Positions 48,381-59,537 of a stretch of 64,000 bases of DNA are shown here, in pieces. Under the pieces are notes generated by a model that ran no database searches, was not told the origin of the DNA, and saw nothing but the letters and a program-made list of their open reading frames with translations. Numbering within the stretch: position 1 is the stretch's first letter; every line of letters begins with the position of its first letter. Source of the stretch: a virus. Lineage: Duplodnaviria > Caudoviricetes. Location: positions 96,001 through 160,000 of the IMG/VR virus record IMGVR_UViG_3300031992_000007; one strand, given 5' to 3'. The translations under genes were made by a program, and so were the position numbers.

Positions 48381-48956
48381 ATGGCAGATGAGACGAACTG
48401 CTCCAGCTGTGGTGCATTGCTGAGCGACTACAAAGTTGAACACGTGAATTATGATCAGTGTGGTAAATGTGAGTTCCAGTGGTCTAAAATAGCTAAGCCT
48501 ATAGAAGAGTTTAAGTTCGACGAATGTCCTAAGTGTGCAGCGAAGAGTCTGGAGTGTGGTCCGAATGACCAACGGATGTGCAAGACTTGTCGTTGGCTGT
48601 GGACAGTAGGACAGGAAGAGGCAGGCAAGTATGACACTACAGACGGTCAACCTGCTGAACCAGGTGGTGGGAACTGTGGTGGATGTGGTGGTTGCTGCAA
48701 TAAAGATGTAGTTCTAGAGAAGAAGGATCCCACTAAGACTTCATCTTGTCCAGGTGGCTGCTGTGGTAAAGGCGGTTGTTGTGGAGGTGGAGGAGGATGT
48801 TGTTGTGGCGGTGGATGTTGCGGAGGATGCTGTGGTGGTAAAGGTAAACAACAGCCTGTAGCTAAACCAGCATCTGAAGCATCGGCTGGAGGTGGTGGGC
48901 CCTTGTGGTTCGTCATCGATATTGCCAACACACTGACAGTTGCTGTTCCTCTGTAA
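48381..48956 (+). CDS. Cys/Gly-rich protein (CxxC repeats plus GGCCGG tracts)
   Basis: AGGAGG RBS; four CxxC motifs followed by low-complexity Gly-Cys runs. Confidence 0.7.
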   Translation: MADETNCSSCGALLSDYKVEHVNYDQCGKCEFQWSKIAKPIEEFKFDECPKCAAKSLECGPNDQRMCKTCRWLWTVGQEEAGKYDTTDGQPAEPGGGNCGGCGGCCNKDVVLEKKDPTKTSSCPGGCCGKGGCCGGGGGCCCGGGCCGGCCGGKGKQQPVAKPASEASAGGGGPLWFVIDIANTLTVAVPL

Positions 48957-49009
48957 GAAGTTAACTTGGAGGGATATTTTGTACATTCAATACACACAGG
49001 AGGTTCCAG

Positions 49010-49972
49010 ATGAAAATTACCATTGAACTCGATACGGAATCGTGCTGCATCCATGACGAAATAAGTGCTCTTCACGAGATCGGAAACTGTAGGAGACTTG
49101 CAAGGATGTTGCTGCAGAACGCACACAACATCGCGATGCATCTCGCCAAGGAATGCACCGAACTTGGAGAGAGCATACTGGATAATCCAATCGTCAAGAG
49201 TATCGGCGAGCAGATCGAAATTTTCGATAAGGTTGAGGAGGAACTGAAAGTCAGTGTCAAGACCAAACCGGCGAACGAATTGCCCAAACCTCCGAGGGAT
49301 GTTTTCACACCTGAACAGGAAGATGCCATAGCACGTGCTAGACAGATAGCTGAGAAGATGAAGAAGGAGGCTAATCAACACGCTGAGACTCCGACTCCAG
49401 AACCTAAGAAGGAACCAGTCATCCTCAAGAGACACGGTAAATACAGAGACAAGATCTGTTTAGACTGCAAGAAGGTGTTTACACCTAAGAGTGGTCGTCA
49501 GGATCGTTGTCCTGAATGTCGTGAGAAACACTTGGAGAAGTTGGTTTCTGAACAGCGTGCTCGACAGAAGACTCGTCGTCATGCGGCTAGTGTCGCTAAG
49601 AAGGAAGAGGAGAAGAAACCAGTTCCTCCCGAACCTGTCAATCCCACACCCCCTCCTTCGCAACCCAAGATTATCAGCTGTCGTAGGTGTCACAAGCCTT
49701 ACATACCTACGGTAGATGATAAGAACGGGTATTGTCCTAAGTGTGTTGCTAAACTTCAGAATAGCCCTAAGATTACACCCAAACCTGTAAGTGGATTCTT
49801 TACCGTTGCTGAGGTCATGGCAATGCCTGTTGTTGAACGGTACAAGTATGCTTATATGTGGACGTACAGAGAACGTCAGGAAGCTCTATCGATGAAGCCA
49901 CTTGGTGCAATGACACCTGAGGAACATGAGTTCTTTAATCGTTGTGCAACTGGTGATTTCGCGTCCGAATAA
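49010..49972 (+). CDS. Hypothetical protein with two zinc-finger-like modules
   Basis: CLDC..F.PKSGRQDRCPEC and CRRC...CPKC. Confidence 0.75.
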   Translation: MKITIELDTESCCIHDEISALHEIGNCRRLARMLLQNAHNIAMHLAKECTELGESILDNPIVKSIGEQIEIFDKVEEELKVSVKTKPANELPKPPRDVFTPEQEDAIARARQIAEKMKKEANQHAETPTPEPKKEPVILKRHGKYRDKICLDCKKVFTPKSGRQDRCPECREKHLEKLVSEQRARQKTRRHAASVAKKEEEKKPVPPEPVNPTPPPSQPKIISCRRCHKPYIPTVDDKNGYCPKCVAKLQNSPKITPKPVSGFFTVAEVMAMPVVERYKYAYMWTYRERQEALSMKPLGAMTPEEHEFFNRCATGDFASE

Positions 49973-50075
49973 CACGTTGGTAGGGGGTGGGTAACCACTC
50001 CCTACTACTATCTTTATTATGCATAATCCCATGTTATGATTTTCCATTTCTTAAGTCTAAAGAAGGAGATTCTGT

Positions 50076-51953
50076 ATGTTGAATCAGCAACTCATTCTTG
50101 GAAGTGTGTACAGAGTTAAGTTCAAGGGTGTATTCGAGAGACACGGTGTCTGCACAACCCCTGGACTTACTTGTCTGCACAAGGGGAATGGCGTGTTTAG
50201 ATTGGAAGCTATCACCACTTTCAGGACACTTGTTCTGAGTGGTGTTAAGCTGTATGACACGTTCTTCGCTCCCTTAGGCATAACTTCCGAAGAATACGAT
50301 CAGTACTACAGCGATAAACCGGCTGATAAGTACAGCCCTGTATACGCAGTTCAGGAAGTTAAAGAGAAGGACACTCAGACCGAGTGGGCGATGGCCAAGG
50401 ATAATCCTGGGCAGCTCATCCCGATCAAGAAGACTGTTACAGTTACGAACGAGAAGTTCGTGGAGACTGGAGAGAGTGTTCTTGCCAAGTATGCCAAGGA
50501 CAGTGTCAACTTCGCAGCTTACCCGATCTACAAGTTCGTGGATGTGGTTGACCCCAACGATATTGTCTATGCACCTGCTTTGACGATCGATGGGTTCCCG
50601 GAAATAGAGATCTCCGAGTATCAGGACCTGAGTCTCGTATTCAGGCTCGGTTACTTCGATGATCCTACCAAGCTGGATCCGATGCTTCTTGCTATTCGTG
50701 AGAGGATGGCAGCTTACGGAGTTAAACCTCGCTACATCAAGCTCTACTCAACTGGTTCCAAGTTCATGAACCCGGATGAGTACGAGAAGGTTAGGAACGT
50801 TCGTCTTCCTGCTGAAGTTATTCAGATCCCCGAGGATGCTCTTGCTTCCGACTATGTCGAGAAGCAGATCATTCAAACCAACAAGATCCTCATCATCAAG
50901 GATCCCGCTGAGGGTGAACAGCTGGCAGATGACGAAATTGACTTCAAGACTCTCAAAGCCAGAGAGATGATCCTCGATGGTCGTCTCTACAGAGTTGAAG
51001 TAGACGGTAATGACCTCTTCAATGGTTCTAGCACTTACTACGAACTGCTCAAGCGCGGTGATGGTGAAACCTTCGATACCTTCAGGGTTCTAAGCGACTG
51101 CCCGACTGGCGGACGAGTAATGAAGCTGGTTGAACGTATGTACATTCAACCGGATGCTAATGTTCATAGACCAGCTTATACGGTTACTAATGACGTTTAT
51201 GTGCAGATAGCTTTCAATGAGCCGAGGTCTCTGTCTCTGTACATGAAAGAGACTACCAAGACTGAACGTGAGGAAGTTAGTGTTGATACGATAACTGAGT
51301 ACCGTCACCCAACTCCTGCTGAACTCGATGATCCTAACCTTGTACTGTACCGCAAGCTTTCGCCTAGGTACGAGAAGGTAACGAATCCGGTAGTTGGACA
51401 GACGTATTTCGTGTCCGAGTCTCAGACATCTACTATTGGAACTGGTATTATCTACAGAGACAACTATGCTGATTCTAAGATCCTTGAACTCGTTGGAACT
51501 AACTTCGAGTACAAGACTCAGACAGCAGCAGTCCGTCATGTAACAACAATGACAGCTGCCGATATCATCAACTTCGCTCAGGGAGCTGAGGTAGAAGGTA
51601 TCGAACTGTATATCGCTGGGGATGATGCTACTAACCAAGCTAGGGCTGGTTTGTATGGTGGTAGATTGTTCCGTACAACCAAGTCAGTGACGGTTAATGA
51701 GAAGACTGAGACCATCCCTGTTGAAATAGTTGTTCCTGACGAGCCTGATCCTAAACTGGCTGGTATAACTGGGGACATTCTAGGACAACGTGGTATTGTC
51801 TCGAGGGATACGTATCTTCTGCTTACCGAAGAACTGGGTAGGAATTACTACATCAAGTATTTGAAGGAAGTGCAGGAGAATCGTGAACTCAGTGCTCGGA
51901 ACAAGAAGCTTGAACTAGCGATCAAGCAACTGGCTGAGAAACAGCAAGCTTAG
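50076..51953 (+). CDS. Hypothetical protein, probably tail-associated
   Basis: 625 aa; AAGGAG RBS; co-oriented with the downstream structural gene. Confidence 0.6.
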   Translation: MLNQQLILGSVYRVKFKGVFERHGVCTTPGLTCLHKGNGVFRLEAITTFRTLVLSGVKLYDTFFAPLGITSEEYDQYYSDKPADKYSPVYAVQEVKEKDTQTEWAMAKDNPGQLIPIKKTVTVTNEKFVETGESVLAKYAKDSVNFAAYPIYKFVDVVDPNDIVYAPALTIDGFPEIEISEYQDLSLVFRLGYFDDPTKLDPMLLAIRERMAAYGVKPRYIKLYSTGSKFMNPDEYEKVRNVRLPAEVIQIPEDALASDYVEKQIIQTNKILIIKDPAEGEQLADDEIDFKTLKAREMILDGRLYRVEVDGNDLFNGSSTYYELLKRGDGETFDTFRVLSDCPTGGRVMKLVERMYIQPDANVHRPAYTVTNDVYVQIAFNEPRSLSLYMKETTKTEREEVSVDTITEYRHPTPAELDDPNLVLYRKLSPRYEKVTNPVVGQTYFVSESQTSTIGTGIIYRDNYADSKILELVGTNFEYKTQTAAVRHVTTMTAADIINFAQGAEVEGIELYIAGDDATNQARAGLYGGRLFRTTKSVTVNEKTETIPVEIVVPDEPDPKLAGITGDILGQRGIVSRDTYLLLTEELGRNYYIKYLKEVQENRELSARNKKLELAIKQLAEKQQA

Positions 51954-51964
51954 GAGCAGAAGCA

Positions 51965-54900
51965 ATGAACACTTACAATTCACCAGGTCTTTTAACATCT
52001 GGTCGCACTGTACAGGAAGGTGGGCATGATGTAGTCTTCGATATCCTCGGCACTGAGGAATCGTTTAAGAAAACATATCTGCTTGACTTCTATGTCGGTG
52101 CCAACAATGATCAGGTTATAACTATTCCGTATCCTGCATACGCCATAGTTCCGAGTGCATCCGGAGATACCTCTCCTGCTCTTACGGTAGAGATCGTTTC
52201 TACTGTATCGAACGGGCAGCTCAACACAAGGGAGCTTACGTACAGGGCAACACCTGCAGAGTTCGAGAGTGCTGACGAAGGTTGGTGTGTAGAAGAGATC
52301 GACCAAGACGCCATGGCCAAAGCCCACTATCTGTGGAATAGACCTAAAGGCGTTGATGAGTGGTCCTTCAACGGAATTATCGTCAAGAAGATCCGTGTTA
52401 AGGAGAAGAGTGCAAGTTCTCAGGACAAGCTTACTCTCAAGGTCAGTTATCGTGCGTTCTACAAGGATGCTATCGATACTGATCAGTTTAGGTCTGAACA
52501 AGGTCCTGAATACTCCAGGGAGCTGGGCAAGTACATCCTTGACACACTGGAAGGTCTGAAGACAGCTACAGATGTTCAGCTGAAGAACATGTTCGGTAAC
52601 ACGAGTCATGTTGAAGACATCTTGGCTGAGGATCTTACTGGTGTTGCTAAAGAGAACTGGATAGAGAATGAACTGCATGTTGTTGATACAACAACTGGCA
52701 AGAGCATGCTTGCTCCCGCTCACGGTTCGTTCTATCCCGGAACTGATGCGGACAAGACGACTCTTAAACTGTTCCTGTATCACATCGAGCAGGGCAAGAT
52801 AGATTCGTCCGTTATCGCGTCGGGTTCGAAGCTCGGATGGCTGTTCATCTACACTCTGAACAACCTCACTGCGTTCTCGGTTGCAACCGATCCGAAGTTC
52901 TTGTCGCATGCCAAGTACTACCAGACCAACGTTGCTGGTGAGTACGTCCAGATAACTGACTATACGGCTGGTGATTCGATAGACGCCTACCGTCAGGCTA
53001 GTGGTAAGGAAGTCTATGTCCTCAAAAGGATACCTTTCGATCCCAAGCTTCAGTTGGATGGACTGATTAACGATTCGTCTGCGGTCATTACAACTACGCA
53101 GAGTGTGGTGCTTACTGAGGACAATATCGAGAAGTACGAGAATTATTCTGGTACCTTCGTGCTCCTTGACCCCTCTGACTCAAAGACCAGGAAACTCGTT
53201 CTTGGACAGGACTATGAGTTCGCAGATGTGAATCAGGCTAAGACTGAGAGGACTTATACTCGTCAGCCAGTCTACGATCACATCCGTCTACTTGAGCCTA
53301 TTGTCACAGATGCTTCCCACAGGATCGGCATAAGTTACCAGGCATTCGGTGGACAGGTCAATGCTACCGATGTTCGCAACATCCGCCAGGATCTCACGAA
53401 CTTGTTGGAGTTGGTTGCTAGCAGTAACCTTCTGACCTTCAAGGGTCTTACTAACCACCCGATCATCAAGCAGATAGCTCATCGTCTTTCGAGAATGGAG
53501 AACTACCACCACCACTTTAACAGGGTGGATCATGTTATTCCTATCCGGATGATGAACATCGTCAGTGATGGAACTGGTTCAGATGAACACACTATCTCCA
53601 CGATAGTGGACGAAACTGATTTCCACTGGTTCAACATCGCTCAGCTTTACGGCACTCGCTGGATGAACGGACCCAACTCTTGCAAAGACATCGGACATTT
53701 CCGTATCTCTTCTAGAGAGCAGGGTTGGACATACGAGTTCATCGTGACCGTCGATCTCTCTGCCAAGGGCACTAACCGTATGGTTATCAAGACCTTGGGT
53801 GGAACAGGAACACAGTTCCCTGGAGTCGACGACTTCGAAGCTCTTACCAAGAAGGAACTCGTTGGTCTTAGGTTAGTGTGGAATGGAGATGGTAAGTCCA
53901 CTGGAGCACTGCTTCAGGTTGGTATCAACTACTCCAGGTATAACTTCAACCCGACCAATGAAGAGACTGAGCTTATCGGAGATACTCGTGACACAGATAC
54001 GATCACTGTGACTAATAAGTCTGGTGATACGTCTAGCTGGGAGTTGTTCTACAACCCACAGGAGACAACGTACGAGGCTTCTGCCTATGTTGGTGTGTAC
54101 GGTCGTCCGAAATACACTCAGGTGGTTAACGAGAAGGCACACGCGAACATCGCGTACTACACTCCTATTGATGACTACAACTACTACGTCACTCCGTATG
54201 AGCTCATCAGAGATGGAGTTGACTACTTCGTCTACAACGAGACCCAGAAGAAGTACGAGCAGATAACAACCCTCGAAGTTGGAACCGAAGTGTCCAGCTA
54301 CGACTTCCCGATCTATGAACGCACCTTCTACAGAAGGCGTTGGATCCGCGATACTCATGCTGAAGGTGAGATGATCACCAAGCAGTCCAATGTGTACGTG
54401 GTTGACGGGATGTTGTCCTGCGATAGTGTCAAGTGCACTCTGCCTGACAAACAGACGGAGTGGGCTGAAGACCTCTCGGACTCGCTGTCTGTCACTCGTC
54501 TGCTTGAACGCGATGATGGCGGTACTGTAGTTTGGGTTGGATCTGTTCCCCTCTCGTACTTCTCTTTTGGGCCGAATGATTCTGTCGAAACGCTGACGCT
54601 GCATCTTAGTCTGTCTAAGATCTTCCAGAGGTATCTGGATCTGGATGGAGTAAGAGCTCTGGACTTCTTCTTCCATGACAGAAGACTCAACAGGTATTTC
54701 TCCACGAGGATTGCGGTGAATAGGGATGACCTTGATCCGTCAACTAGTGTGAGAGGTGAAGGTATCTTCTTCATCGAGGATCTCTGTGCACTGCAGACTC
54801 GTCTCGGTCACATGAGGAACAAGATGGATCCTGGTGAGATATTCGTTTCTGGAGTGACGTACTTCGTCAAGGACAAGAATGGTAACCTTGCTGGATACGA

Positions 54901-55201
54901 CATCGAAACTGAGGGAATGATCGGCAAACCAGTTCCTGAATATGAACTGACTGCTGATGAAACCTTCAAGGCTGGTAAAGAGTACTACATTCAGTCGGGT
55001 TATACCTTCGCTCGCCTTGAGATAGGAGTTGACTACGATATTGGTGACAGTATTGCGGAGTACTCAACCACGGTGTACGAGACAGCACGGGAATTCTATT
55101 CTGAGGATGCTCTGCTTGTTGCTGACATCGACATAGCCCTGGGAACATCAAGTTACATCAACCAGCGTTTCGACCTGCGTCAGGTACGGATGCACATGTA
55201 A
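51965..55201 (+). CDS. Putative tail/baseplate virion structural protein
   Basis: 1078 aa; EDLTG....NWIENELH...AP.HGSFY and ISYQAFGG motifs recalled from phiKZ-like tail proteins. Confidence 0.55.
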   Translation: MNTYNSPGLLTSGRTVQEGGHDVVFDILGTEESFKKTYLLDFYVGANNDQVITIPYPAYAIVPSASGDTSPALTVEIVSTVSNGQLNTRELTYRATPAEFESADEGWCVEEIDQDAMAKAHYLWNRPKGVDEWSFNGIIVKKIRVKEKSASSQDKLTLKVSYRAFYKDAIDTDQFRSEQGPEYSRELGKYILDTLEGLKTATDVQLKNMFGNTSHVEDILAEDLTGVAKENWIENELHVVDTTTGKSMLAPAHGSFYPGTDADKTTLKLFLYHIEQGKIDSSVIASGSKLGWLFIYTLNNLTAFSVATDPKFLSHAKYYQTNVAGEYVQITDYTAGDSIDAYRQASGKEVYVLKRIPFDPKLQLDGLINDSSAVITTTQSVVLTEDNIEKYENYSGTFVLLDPSDSKTRKLVLGQDYEFADVNQAKTERTYTRQPVYDHIRLLEPIVTDASHRIGISYQAFGGQVNATDVRNIRQDLTNLLELVASSNLLTFKGLTNHPIIKQIAHRLSRMENYHHHFNRVDHVIPIRMMNIVSDGTGSDEHTISTIVDETDFHWFNIAQLYGTRWMNGPNSCKDIGHFRISSREQGWTYEFIVTVDLSAKGTNRMVIKTLGGTGTQFPGVDDFEALTKKELVGLRLVWNGDGKSTGALLQVGINYSRYNFNPTNEETELIGDTRDTDTITVTNKSGDTSSWELFYNPQETTYEASAYVGVYGRPKYTQVVNEKAHANIAYYTPIDDYNYYVTPYELIRDGVDYFVYNETQKKYEQITTLEVGTEVSSYDFPIYERTFYRRRWIRDTHAEGEMITKQSNVYVVDGMLSCDSVKCTLPDKQTEWAEDLSDSLSVTRLLERDDGGTVVWVGSVPLSYFSFGPNDSVETLTLHLSLSKIFQRYLDLDGVRALDFFFHDRRLNRYFSTRIAVNRDDLDPSTSVRGEGIFFIEDLCALQTRLGHMRNKMDPGEIFVSGVTYFVKDKNGNLAGYDIETEGMIGKPVPEYELTADETFKAGKEYYIQSGYTFARLEIGVDYDIGDSIAEYSTTVYETAREFYSEDALLVADIDIALGTSSYINQRFDLRQVRMHM

Positions 55202-55211
55202 GGAGGAAACC

Positions 55212-55592
55212 ATGAACTACTATATCGTGTTCTTCTGCAACTGGCCATCCCGTTCTAACGCTATAGTCCGTAGTGTTGAATTGACTGTCGTTGATCCTAG
55301 TACCTACGTTAAACAGACCAACAACTATGTCTACGTAGACTTGACGGCTCACTTGAAGTCAACTGAGGAGAAGCCTTTCGGTACTACCATCGATGCTGTC
55401 ATGCGTGAGTTCACAAGGAAAATAGGTGGTCTGTCTATCAATGGAGTTCCGAGTACAGCTACTCAGATCTCCATGAGTACAGTCAGGATTGAAAGCTCGA
55501 CTCCTTCCAGTAGGCAACTTACCGACTGGAATGATGTTGTCAAGCCTGCACTTCTGCGTGTTGCTCACACGTCTTCGTTCGGTACACTCTGA
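55212..55592 (+). CDS. Hypothetical protein
   Basis: AGGAGG RBS; 126 aa; terminator at 55609-55639. Confidence 0.7.
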   Translation: MNYYIVFFCNWPSRSNAIVRSVELTVVDPSTYVKQTNNYVYVDLTAHLKSTEEKPFGTTIDAVMREFTRKIGGLSINGVPSTATQISMSTVRIESSTPSSRQLTDWNDVVKPALLRVAHTSSFGTL

Positions 55593-55651
55593 TCGAAAAA
55601 GAAACAACTACCTCTCGGCCCCTTACAGGGCCGAGAGGTGATTCCCACTTT

Positions 55652-56584
55652 TTATTTCTTAGAAGCGGAAGAAATAGCAGCACGAAGGACTCTATCGAGA
55701 CCACGAGCTGTTACGAACGCATTGCTCTTGAAGCGCATCACAAGCTGACGGATGAAACTCAGGTAAACCTTGTCCTCAGGATCAGCGTTCTTGAATAGCT
55801 TCTCCAGAGCACCGAAGGTTTTCCTGTACTCGATCTCGTCAGACAGAACATTGATGGCGTCATTCATGTCTGTCTCAAGAAGAGAGAACCTCCACCTTGC
55901 AGCACCAAGCGTTGTCAGAACAACGTCGTACTTCGGGTGTCCCTGTTCCTCTACCTTAAGACCAGGTCCGATGAACTGACCGAACTCGGCGCAGCAAGTT
56001 GCCATCTGAGGACGATTGGATTCTACCCACTTCTTAAGATCTTTGTTAGGGATCTTAAGGAAGAGGTCATTCATCGTGTTGCACGCCGCAACCATCTTGA
56101 GCCAGTAAGGCTTGTGGTAGACAGTAGCCTGGATGGATTCGAAGTCTGCGGGGTTACCGAACATAGAAGCATTTTGTTGGTATGCAGCCAGCTTAGCGCG
56201 GAGCTTAATCCGTGTGTTACGGTTGAGATCCCACCAGTCAAGGAACCATTCCTTGAAGGCTTCCCACATACGAGCGATGGCTTCTTTGATCTTCTGACCA
56301 AGACCTTCAATAGCCTCGTCTATTATCCTAAGCTGCTCCTCACGAAGAGCTTCGCAAGCACAGTTGTCCATCACAGGAGGAAGACCAGGCAGAAGACACT
56401 CCATACTCCCATCCATGTTGAGGAAGTCATAGAGCTTCTCAGTAAGGTTGCCTTCTATAATTGTCTTGCGAAGGGCAACCAGTCCTTCCCTCTGATGGTA
56501 AAGACGATCGAGCTCAAGTTCTATCTGATTAACACGAACGCTATTTGGCTGAGAGAACGGTCGTTTCTTGTTTATTCGAACCAT
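55652..56584 (-). CDS. Putative internal head/virion structural protein
   Basis: ACE and AIEG sites followed by LGQKIKEAIARMWEAFKEWF. Confidence 0.6.
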   Translation of the reverse strand: MVRINKKRPFSQPNSVRVNQIELELDRLYHQREGLVALRKTIIEGNLTEKLYDFLNMDGSMECLLPGLPPVMDNCACEALREEQLRIIDEAIEGLGQKIKEAIARMWEAFKEWFLDWWDLNRNTRIKLRAKLAAYQQNASMFGNPADFESIQATVYHKPYWLKMVAACNTMNDLFLKIPNKDLKKWVESNRPQMATCCAEFGQFIGPGLKVEEQGHPKYDVVLTTLGAARWRFSLLETDMNDAINVLSDEIEYRKTFGALEKLFKNADPEDKVYLSFIRQLVMRFKSNAFVTARGLDRVLRAAISSASKK

Positions 56585-56593
56585 ATCTACTCC

Positions 56594-58411
56594 TTAGTTA
56601 TTTGGTACACGATGATAGGGTGTAAGAGCCATGATAGTACGGACGATGGACGAGTTGCCCATAACGTAACCACGATAGATCGGGGAGAACGTCGTGTTAC
56701 GAGCAACAAGCGCCGCCGCAGCAATCTGTCTCTTCAACTGTCCAAGACGGAAGTGTCGTTCCTTAAGACCGATAGCAGCAAGCGTTGCAAGGTATTCGTG
56801 AAGCTTGGTGTTATTGGAGAATGCCTGAGCAAATACTCCAGTACCACCCATGCTCAAGAACAGCATCGGACTAAGATCGTCGATCGAGATACTCACATCT
56901 GCAACAGTAGGGAGTTTACTAACTGCCCAACCATAATCACCAGAGCCACGGGTAATGGACAACGAGCTCACTATACCAGCAGGGATGGCGAACATACCCT
57001 TGCTGAACACTCTCACGATGAACGGAGAAGTGTAAGTGGAATCACCAACAGCTCTGGGTAGAGACATGGCAAGAAGCATCGCTATTGGAATCATGATAGA
57101 CTGATAGATCGACACAGGGTCGCCACCTGTCTTGGAACGAAGTTTCATGCTAAGATTGATGGACCTACTCATACCACCAGAACCACCCCACTGTTTAGGA
57201 AGGTCGAAGTAACCATTACCAGCAGCAAGATAGGTGATAGCAGACTCAAGTCCTCCACCGCTAGTGAAGTTCTTGATGGCTTTCTTAACACCAGAGATCT
57301 GTCTACCCCACTTCATCATCTTGGCAGTTATACCTTCGCCGTTAGCTTCGCCTGAAGCAGCATCGCGTTTAGCCTGGACTTCAGAGTTTAGCTTACCAGC
57401 AAGTGAGGAGTCCTGAGTGGAGTTACTGAAGGTTTCTCCAGACTCAGTCTTGTCAACTCTCCATCCGACGAAGTTGGCACCTTCAAGTGCACCTGTCGTG
57501 AGACCAGACCAGAACTTACCAAGCATGCCGACTTTCTCATTCGGATTGTCGACATAGTTGTTGACCTTCTGTAGCTGGGAGTCCGTATCGATAGGCTGAT
57601 TGGAACTTGTACCCAGACGAAGTGCACGCTTAGACATGATCCTGAAAATATCAGGGCCGTTCTTGATGATGTCAGGAACACTCTGACCACCACTACTTCC
57701 ACTACCAGAAGATCCGATACCCATATTGACAGCCAGGTGACACAGAATCGTGTTCACATACCTGTAATAGAGAGGCATGGTTTCACGGAAAGCGAAGTAC
57801 TCTGTAACGGGATAAGTCTTGATGTTGTTAACAACCTTGTAAGCCCAAATAGCAGGAAGCCAAGGAAGTTCGATAGCAAGTTTAAGACCACCTTTGATAA
57901 GGTCGCCCAACTTACTCCATACCGAGATCTTGCCCTCTTCATTGAGCTCAGCAAGTTCCTTCTTGGTTGCATTCTTGAGCCATGTAGTCAGGTTGCGGTA
58001 TTTTGGAATACCCATCGTGAAATATACAACTTGCTGGCGAGAGTCGTACATCTCACTGTATACACGCCCCATACCGAACATCTGTCCATTGTTGGTTGAG
58101 AATAGAGTGTGAATGAGATCGTCATTCTCGTTGAATGCAGCGAGAGGATTCATCACATCATTTCCACCAACACTAGCATCTGAGACGGAAGGTGCCTTGT
58201 AAGAGTAGGCCATGCTAGCAGGGTCGTTGATGTAGGTACCATATTCACCTTTATCCTCTTTGATCAAACTAGCGCCTTTACCATCTGCTATCTTGTTGAG
58301 CTGAGCAGTAAGAGCTTTCTCGTAGTTGGCATAATCACTGCCAACAACAATGCCTAGTGGATTGTGATTCCATGACGCATTGTCCTGAACTGCTGCAGAA
58401 TTGTTTGCCAT
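56594..58411 (-). CDS. Putative virion structural protein (phiKZ gp182-like)
   Basis: GMGRVYSE.YD, YTSPF, GIVSSLSITRG...GW...P...DVS.SI.DLS motifs; lies near the tape-measure-like gene. Confidence 0.6.
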   Translation of the reverse strand: MANNSAAVQDNASWNHNPLGIVVGSDYANYEKALTAQLNKIADGKGASLIKEDKGEYGTYINDPASMAYSYKAPSVSDASVGGNDVMNPLAAFNENDDLIHTLFSTNNGQMFGMGRVYSEMYDSRQQVVYFTMGIPKYRNLTTWLKNATKKELAELNEEGKISVWSKLGDLIKGGLKLAIELPWLPAIWAYKVVNNIKTYPVTEYFAFRETMPLYYRYVNTILCHLAVNMGIGSSGSGSSGGQSVPDIIKNGPDIFRIMSKRALRLGTSSNQPIDTDSQLQKVNNYVDNPNEKVGMLGKFWSGLTTGALEGANFVGWRVDKTESGETFSNSTQDSSLAGKLNSEVQAKRDAASGEANGEGITAKMMKWGRQISGVKKAIKNFTSGGGLESAITYLAAGNGYFDLPKQWGGSGGMSRSINLSMKLRSKTGGDPVSIYQSIMIPIAMLLAMSLPRAVGDSTYTSPFIVRVFSKGMFAIPAGIVSSLSITRGSGDYGWAVSKLPTVADVSISIDDLSPMLFLSMGGTGVFAQAFSNNTKLHEYLATLAAIGLKERHFRLGQLKRQIAAAALVARNTTFSPIYRGYVMGNSSIVRTIMALTPYHRVPNN

Positions 58412-58575
58412 GGTGAAATTCCTTAGTAAAAAATAAAAGTCTATAGGATAGAACTCCCCTGTAACTAAGGTTTAAAATAAAAAGAAAAGAAAGAATAATT
58501 TGTGTCAGTCGAACCTAGGTGGGTACAGAGACTCAACCTCTCTGGCCTCGCGGCCAGAGAGGAAGAATTTTCTTT

Positions 58576-59079
58576 TTATTCCCAGTGTCCGGGGATGTAC
58601 ACCTGTTGACCATTCTGCCAAAGATATTGACCAGGAATCCAGCGTTGCTGCTGAATGGTGGTCTGTACAGTAGCAGGAGTTTGCACTCCTGTTATCTGTA
58701 CTCCGTTGACATAGACCGACTGCGGTGGAACGTAGACGCTTCCGGTCGCAACAGGCGTTGTGACGACCGGTGCTACCACTGGCGTGATAACTGTGGTATT
58801 CTGGTAGACTGGGGTAGTGTATACCGGCGCTGGAGCCGCTATGGCACTACCAACAATTCCACCAACAACTCCGCCGGCGAAAGCCGGCAGAAAATTGCGA
58901 CCTCCACGACCCCAGTAGCTTCCGCTCCTGTGGTAGTTCGGGTGTACTTGCACGCCACGGAAATACCCAGCATGTCCTACCGGGTGTCTGGGACCCCAAC
59001 TGCTCCTCCCGTGATGAGGACGAGCCAGAACGACGGTCGACATTAAGGCAACGACCAGAGCCATGATGATCTTCTTCAT
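58576..59079 (-). CDS. Putative secreted Gly/His/Pro-rich protein
   Basis: Signal peptide MKKIIMALVVALMSTVVLA, glycine-zipper-like GGVVGGIVG, WIPGQY/YIPGHW repeats. Confidence 0.7.
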   Translation of the reverse strand: MKKIIMALVVALMSTVVLARPHHGRSSWGPRHPVGHAGYFRGVQVHPNYHRSGSYWGRGGRNFLPAFAGGVVGGIVGSAIAAPAPVYTTPVYQNTTVITPVVAPVVTTPVATGSVYVPPQSVYVNGVQITGVQTPATVQTTIQQQRWIPGQYLWQNGQQVYIPGHWE

Positions 59080-59081
59080 GG

Positions 59082-59537
59082 TTATTTCTCCATTTGAAGT
59101 GCACGTTCTTCACGTGCGAACTGGCTCGCAGATTTGTTGGCGAGACGTGCTGCCAACTCTTTTCTCTCCAAACGGGCAAGCCGATTCCGTTCGCAGATAG
59201 CAGCTTGTGCTGCCTTGTAGTCCATCTTTTCCTTCCACGCGGCGTGAGCTTTGGGTGCTACCCTAGCTATTACGTCCCATGGAAGTATCTGGTTCAGAAG
59301 ATAAGCCAACTGATCGTCTGTAGTTTTGTTTGCTAAGACGTTCAGGAACCTGTCCCTGACCACGATACCGTAATGCAATTTCCCATCAATAGTTGGGAAC
59401 GCAGTTACAGTCTTCTCGAAACCAGCATCGGTTGTACTGATGTCAGTCCCGAGCAGAATGAAGTGCAGCCCAGTGATAGGCTGCCTCCATACCTTGTCGG
59501 CGATGAACTGTTCACCGACTGTTTTGTCCTCAGCCAT
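59082..59537 (-). CDS. Hypothetical early protein
   Basis: AGGAG RBS before MAEDK; TACATTAC promoter variant at 59581-59588. Confidence 0.7.
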   Translation of the reverse strand: MAEDKTVGEQFIADKVWRQPITGLHFILLGTDISTTDAGFEKTVTAFPTIDGKLHYGIVVRDRFLNVLANKTTDDQLAYLLNQILPWDVIARVAPKAHAAWKEKMDYKAAQAAICERNRLARLERKELAARLANKSASQFAREERALQMEK

